The notes beneath the pieces are model-generated. The model searched no databases. It worked only from the letters and a program-made list of their open reading frames with translations, and was not told the DNA's origin. Shown one piece after another: positions 60,506-64,000 of a stretch of DNA of 64,000 nt. Every line of letters starts with the position of its first letter. Position 1 is the stretch's first letter. A program made the translations under genes and the position numbers. The DNA comes from Macrostomum lignano (Eukaryota), in contig NIVC01002272.1 of the NCBI GenBank assembly GCA_002269645.1, positions 1-64,000 of the forward strand. The letters are read 5' to 3'.

Positions 60506-62439
60506 TATCGCATCTAGTTCGTGCCACATGTAACTAATTGTTTGTCCGATATATAAGCATTATTTAGTGTAATAATAAGTAATAATTTACTACAACTGGC
60601 CTAATAGGAAAACCCACTATGGCGTATCGGAAAGCTGCGTACGGCTGTTCGGTCAAAAGACTGGAGTTGCCACACGTTCCAAGTAGGTCGAGAAACGAAC
60701 CCCCCCCCCTTTTAGTCGTGCTCCGATGCTCTAACCACTGGTTTTAATAGAACCCCCAATTTGTTATATATGAAGGACCTGAATATTATTCGAATGCATA
60801 TTTGAATCTAGTGATCTCGTAGGTCATTGTTTTAAAATATGATTTTAGTCGTATTGCACGCTAGTTGCTAAACGCGTCTGCCCAAAGTGTTATGTATGCT
60901 GACCAAAAAATGTACTCGTTGCCGTATTTATCCCTGCCTGCCGAAGCCTGCTGAAACAGGCAATTGAAATTGCGCAAAGAACCCAAAGTAGCTACTATCT
61001 AAAACAGTAGCAACTTGCGCCCATATGCGGTCTATCAATGTGCATTTTTACTAATGGTGTAAAACCCGTTAAGAACGTTACCATGGCAAGAATCGCTAAA
61101 GAGTCATTGTAAACAACTCTCTAGTGAGTCTAGCGACTCTGGTGCAACTATTATGACTTTTTAACGACTCATGCGACGGAGAGGCGACTGTTGCGTCACA
61201 AGCGCGTCACGTGAGTTGCAGAATCGTGAAACAGTCGTTCTATTGTATTCATTTATCTGCTTTTATTAAGTACGAAACTGGCTGGCGCTCCGAATTTTTA
61301 AATCAGTGACGCAAAACTGTCGCAGTCGGTAGTTTTTTTCAGTTTGCGCATTTCAACAATTAACTACTGCTCAAGTTTAACAACTTTTGTATGCAATTTT
61401 GCCGTTTTATCCAGAAAGTAGATACGAAAAGGACTGAATTTGTTTGTTCCATCTTTGGTAATTTTATTGGTCTTTTCTTAATTTATTTCAAACCAACAGG
61501 AAAACACTACGAGACTGACTTGAAGCCAAAAGCTACGTTATAATTCTCGACTCTTATTTTCGTTACCTCTTATACTTTTACGTTGACCATACACAATATT
61601 TCTATGGCTAACTGTGCCAGAATCATTTGAAGCGTGCATTCTTCACTTTGGTTGGTAAAGTTGACTTTTAGCGACACAAATGGACACCTAATGCCAAACG
61701 AGCGTAAATCAAGAACAGCTGGCAACAGACCTCGGCAATCACACTAAGAGAGCCAACCAGCTAGGGTTCCTCACTGCCGCAAAATCTATAGGCAGTAGCA
61801 CAAACACGTGCTGGACTATTGACACCCCTGTACTGACTCACTGGGGCGGAGCGGGGGTAGTGTGGAAAGGCGCGGTTGGAGGATTTCAGCTGCGGGGTAA
61901 GAGCCAACAAATGAGCCTTGGTTTTAAAAATGCAATAAAATGCTTCTGTTTAACTTACTACTGAACTGAAAGTAGCTTACACGCAAATGTGCTGAGTGGC
62001 TCATCTAGTTATTCTAGTATCTGGGTTTTTTGTCAGTTGAATGCACGCTTTATTTGATTCTGGCACAATTATTGCCGGATGGTTAATGTTTTGTCTATGG
62101 GCTTGCCAATGTCCAACAAGCATCATAGCTGAGACGCTGACATTCCAGCGTTACTCCACAGCCCACAGATGGTTGCGAGTAGGCAAGAGCTGTCAGCCTT
62201 GCTACATTAAGCAAACGTATCTCGGATTAAATTCAAGGCGCTTAAGCACAAATAGGCTGCAAAAAGCTATATTAAATACTTAATTATTTATAGGGTATAA
62301 AATACTTTTGTAAACCTAATTTGTAGTGTTCCGTAAACTCAATCTCATTTCATATAAATTCATACCGTAAGCTGTAAAATAAAGTTTTGAAAAATGAAAT
62401 CACCATCGTTATCTTTCAGAGCTACCGGCTTCAGAAAAA

Positions 62440-63666
62440 ATGGAGCCGAACCAAAACTATGGCCAACGATACCCCATCATGCAGCAACAACAGCTGCAGC
62501 AGCTGCGTGTTGAGACTCGACGCAAGCTGGCTAATCTGTACCGCAGCCCTGCACCTGGAAACCAGGTAGCCCAGCTGCTAAACCGTTATCCCACCGCTGA
62601 TCAACTGGAGGATCACGTTTTCAGGCGTTGTCAGGCTCACCAGCAAGGTGGTGGCGTCAGCTTTGACCAGCAGTACCTGAGCATTGTGTCCAAGCTGGAG
62701 GACGCACTGACAGGTCGCCTGCCGCAGCCGCAACAGCCGCAGCAGATGATGCAGCAGCAGCAGCCGCCGCCTACTCAAGTGATGCAACAGCAATTGCAGC
62801 AGCAGCAGCAGCAGATGATGCAACAGCAGCCTCCGCCGCAACCTCAGCCTCAGGTGATTCGGCCTCAAATGCCGACAGATCCGCTGGTGTCGCTTTCAAA
62901 CATGGTCGGCGGCGGCCCGGTTGGCGTCAGCAACATCGTTGTCGGTGGTGCCCGGATGGGGCAGCAGAGTGTGCCGTTGCAGCCTCGCATGGGGACCAGG
63001 CCTGTTCCGCAGCAGCAGCAGCAGCCGCCTCCCAACCAGCTTCCACCATTGAATGAGCGTCAGCAGGTTCAAGTGCAGCGCATGCGGCAGCTCCACCAGC
63101 AGCACAGCGAGACGGTCAGAGCCCGGATGGAAAATTCGCACGGCAATGCGGCCAATTTTGAGAAGCTGCGCCAGATTTGCAACATTCTCGAGACGCCAGA
63201 AAATTTTGTACGCAACCAGCGGGATCCGGATAAAATTGACAACACAATCAGGCAGTTGGAGAGCATTCTGCGGCCCAATGCGCCTCACGCTCAGGCACTG
63301 CAGCAGCAGCAGCAGCAGCAGCACATGCTACAACAACAGAGACTTCAGCAGCAGCAGCAGCAGCAAATGCAACAGCAGCAACTGCAGCACCAGCAGCTAC
63401 AGCAGCAGCAACAACTCCAGCAACAGCAGCAGCAGCAACTGCAACAACAGCAATTGCAGCAGCAGCAATTGCAACAACTGCAGCAGCAACAGCAATTTCA
63501 GCAGCAGAAATTGCAACAGCAGCAGATGATGTCGCAGATGCAGCAACAACAACAGCAGCAGCAGCAATCGCCAATGCCCATGTCCAGTGCAGCTCCTGAC
63601 AGCGTCGCTGCTTCGTCGCATGACATTCCTCCGGCGCCTCGTCGACTTGGTGAAACACTTCTTAAA
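62440..63666 (+). CDS. MED15: Mediator subunit 15-like (KIX, polyQ, middle helical domain, polyQ); probably continues beyond the window
   Basis: TRRKLA...ADQLEDHVFRR...QQYLSIVSKL aligns by eye with the recalled MED15 KIX (FRQKLV...SKDMESHVFLK...DEYLSLVARL). TDPLVSLSNMVGG resembles SDPMNALQSLTGG. FEKLRQICNILETP resembles LSKMKSLLDILTDP. Long polyQ tracts; plausible donor AAA/GTACGT at 63667. Confidence 0.72.
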
Positions 63667-64000
63667 GTACGTTAAAGTACGCCAACCAATCACCTCTTAG
63701 TTGACTCTATAAATTCGCTGTCAAGGTTCACCTTTAATACAAAAGAGTTCGGCCTCCAATACCTTTTTTTAGAGCAAAACATCATCAACTTGGTGTTTTT
63801 AAAGCCGTTCCCTATCTGTCCGTTGCCCAACGATTCAAAATCACTAACAAGTTTTCTCCAGCCAACGATTGAAAGAAGCAACCAGAATCCATGGAACATT
63901 CTGTCACGATAGATTGCATCCGCCGTCAGTTGCGTCCCCACCGGAGTGGAGAGGGGGGCATGTCCCCCGGCCCCAGTAAAAGCTGTGGGGGGGGGGACAT

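Overview
Eukaryotic, intron-containing metazoan DNA with GC-rich exons, AT-rich introns and very dense minisatellites. The architecture resembles a free-living flatworm such as Macrostomum; this is inference, not shown by the sequence. Host genes, in order: a 5'-incomplete uncharacterised multi-exon gene (1-5730), SAMD15-like, an MPP/p55-type MAGUK, DBT (minus strand), an intronless DEG/ENaC subunit, a Q/P/Y/G-rich ORF, TTC5, and a three-gene MED15-related cluster (52.9-63.7 kb). The cluster holds a canonical-looking polyQ MED15 whose exon runs off the window, a gene made only of four tandem MED15-type KIX domains, and a diverged mosaic of KIX and middle-domain modules. Mobile DNA: a full-length RNase H-bearing non-LTR element with a 13-bp TSD, a 5'-truncated I-like element, an RTE remnant, a P-type element (32-bp TIR, 8-bp TSD, decayed THAP), a hAT-like MITE and two tRNA-derived SINE families. 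Also present are a 61-bp hairpin whose only non-Watson-Crick pairs are G-U and four apparent single-base frameshifts in host genes. Exon boundaries were read by eye from GT/AG sites and phase continuity.
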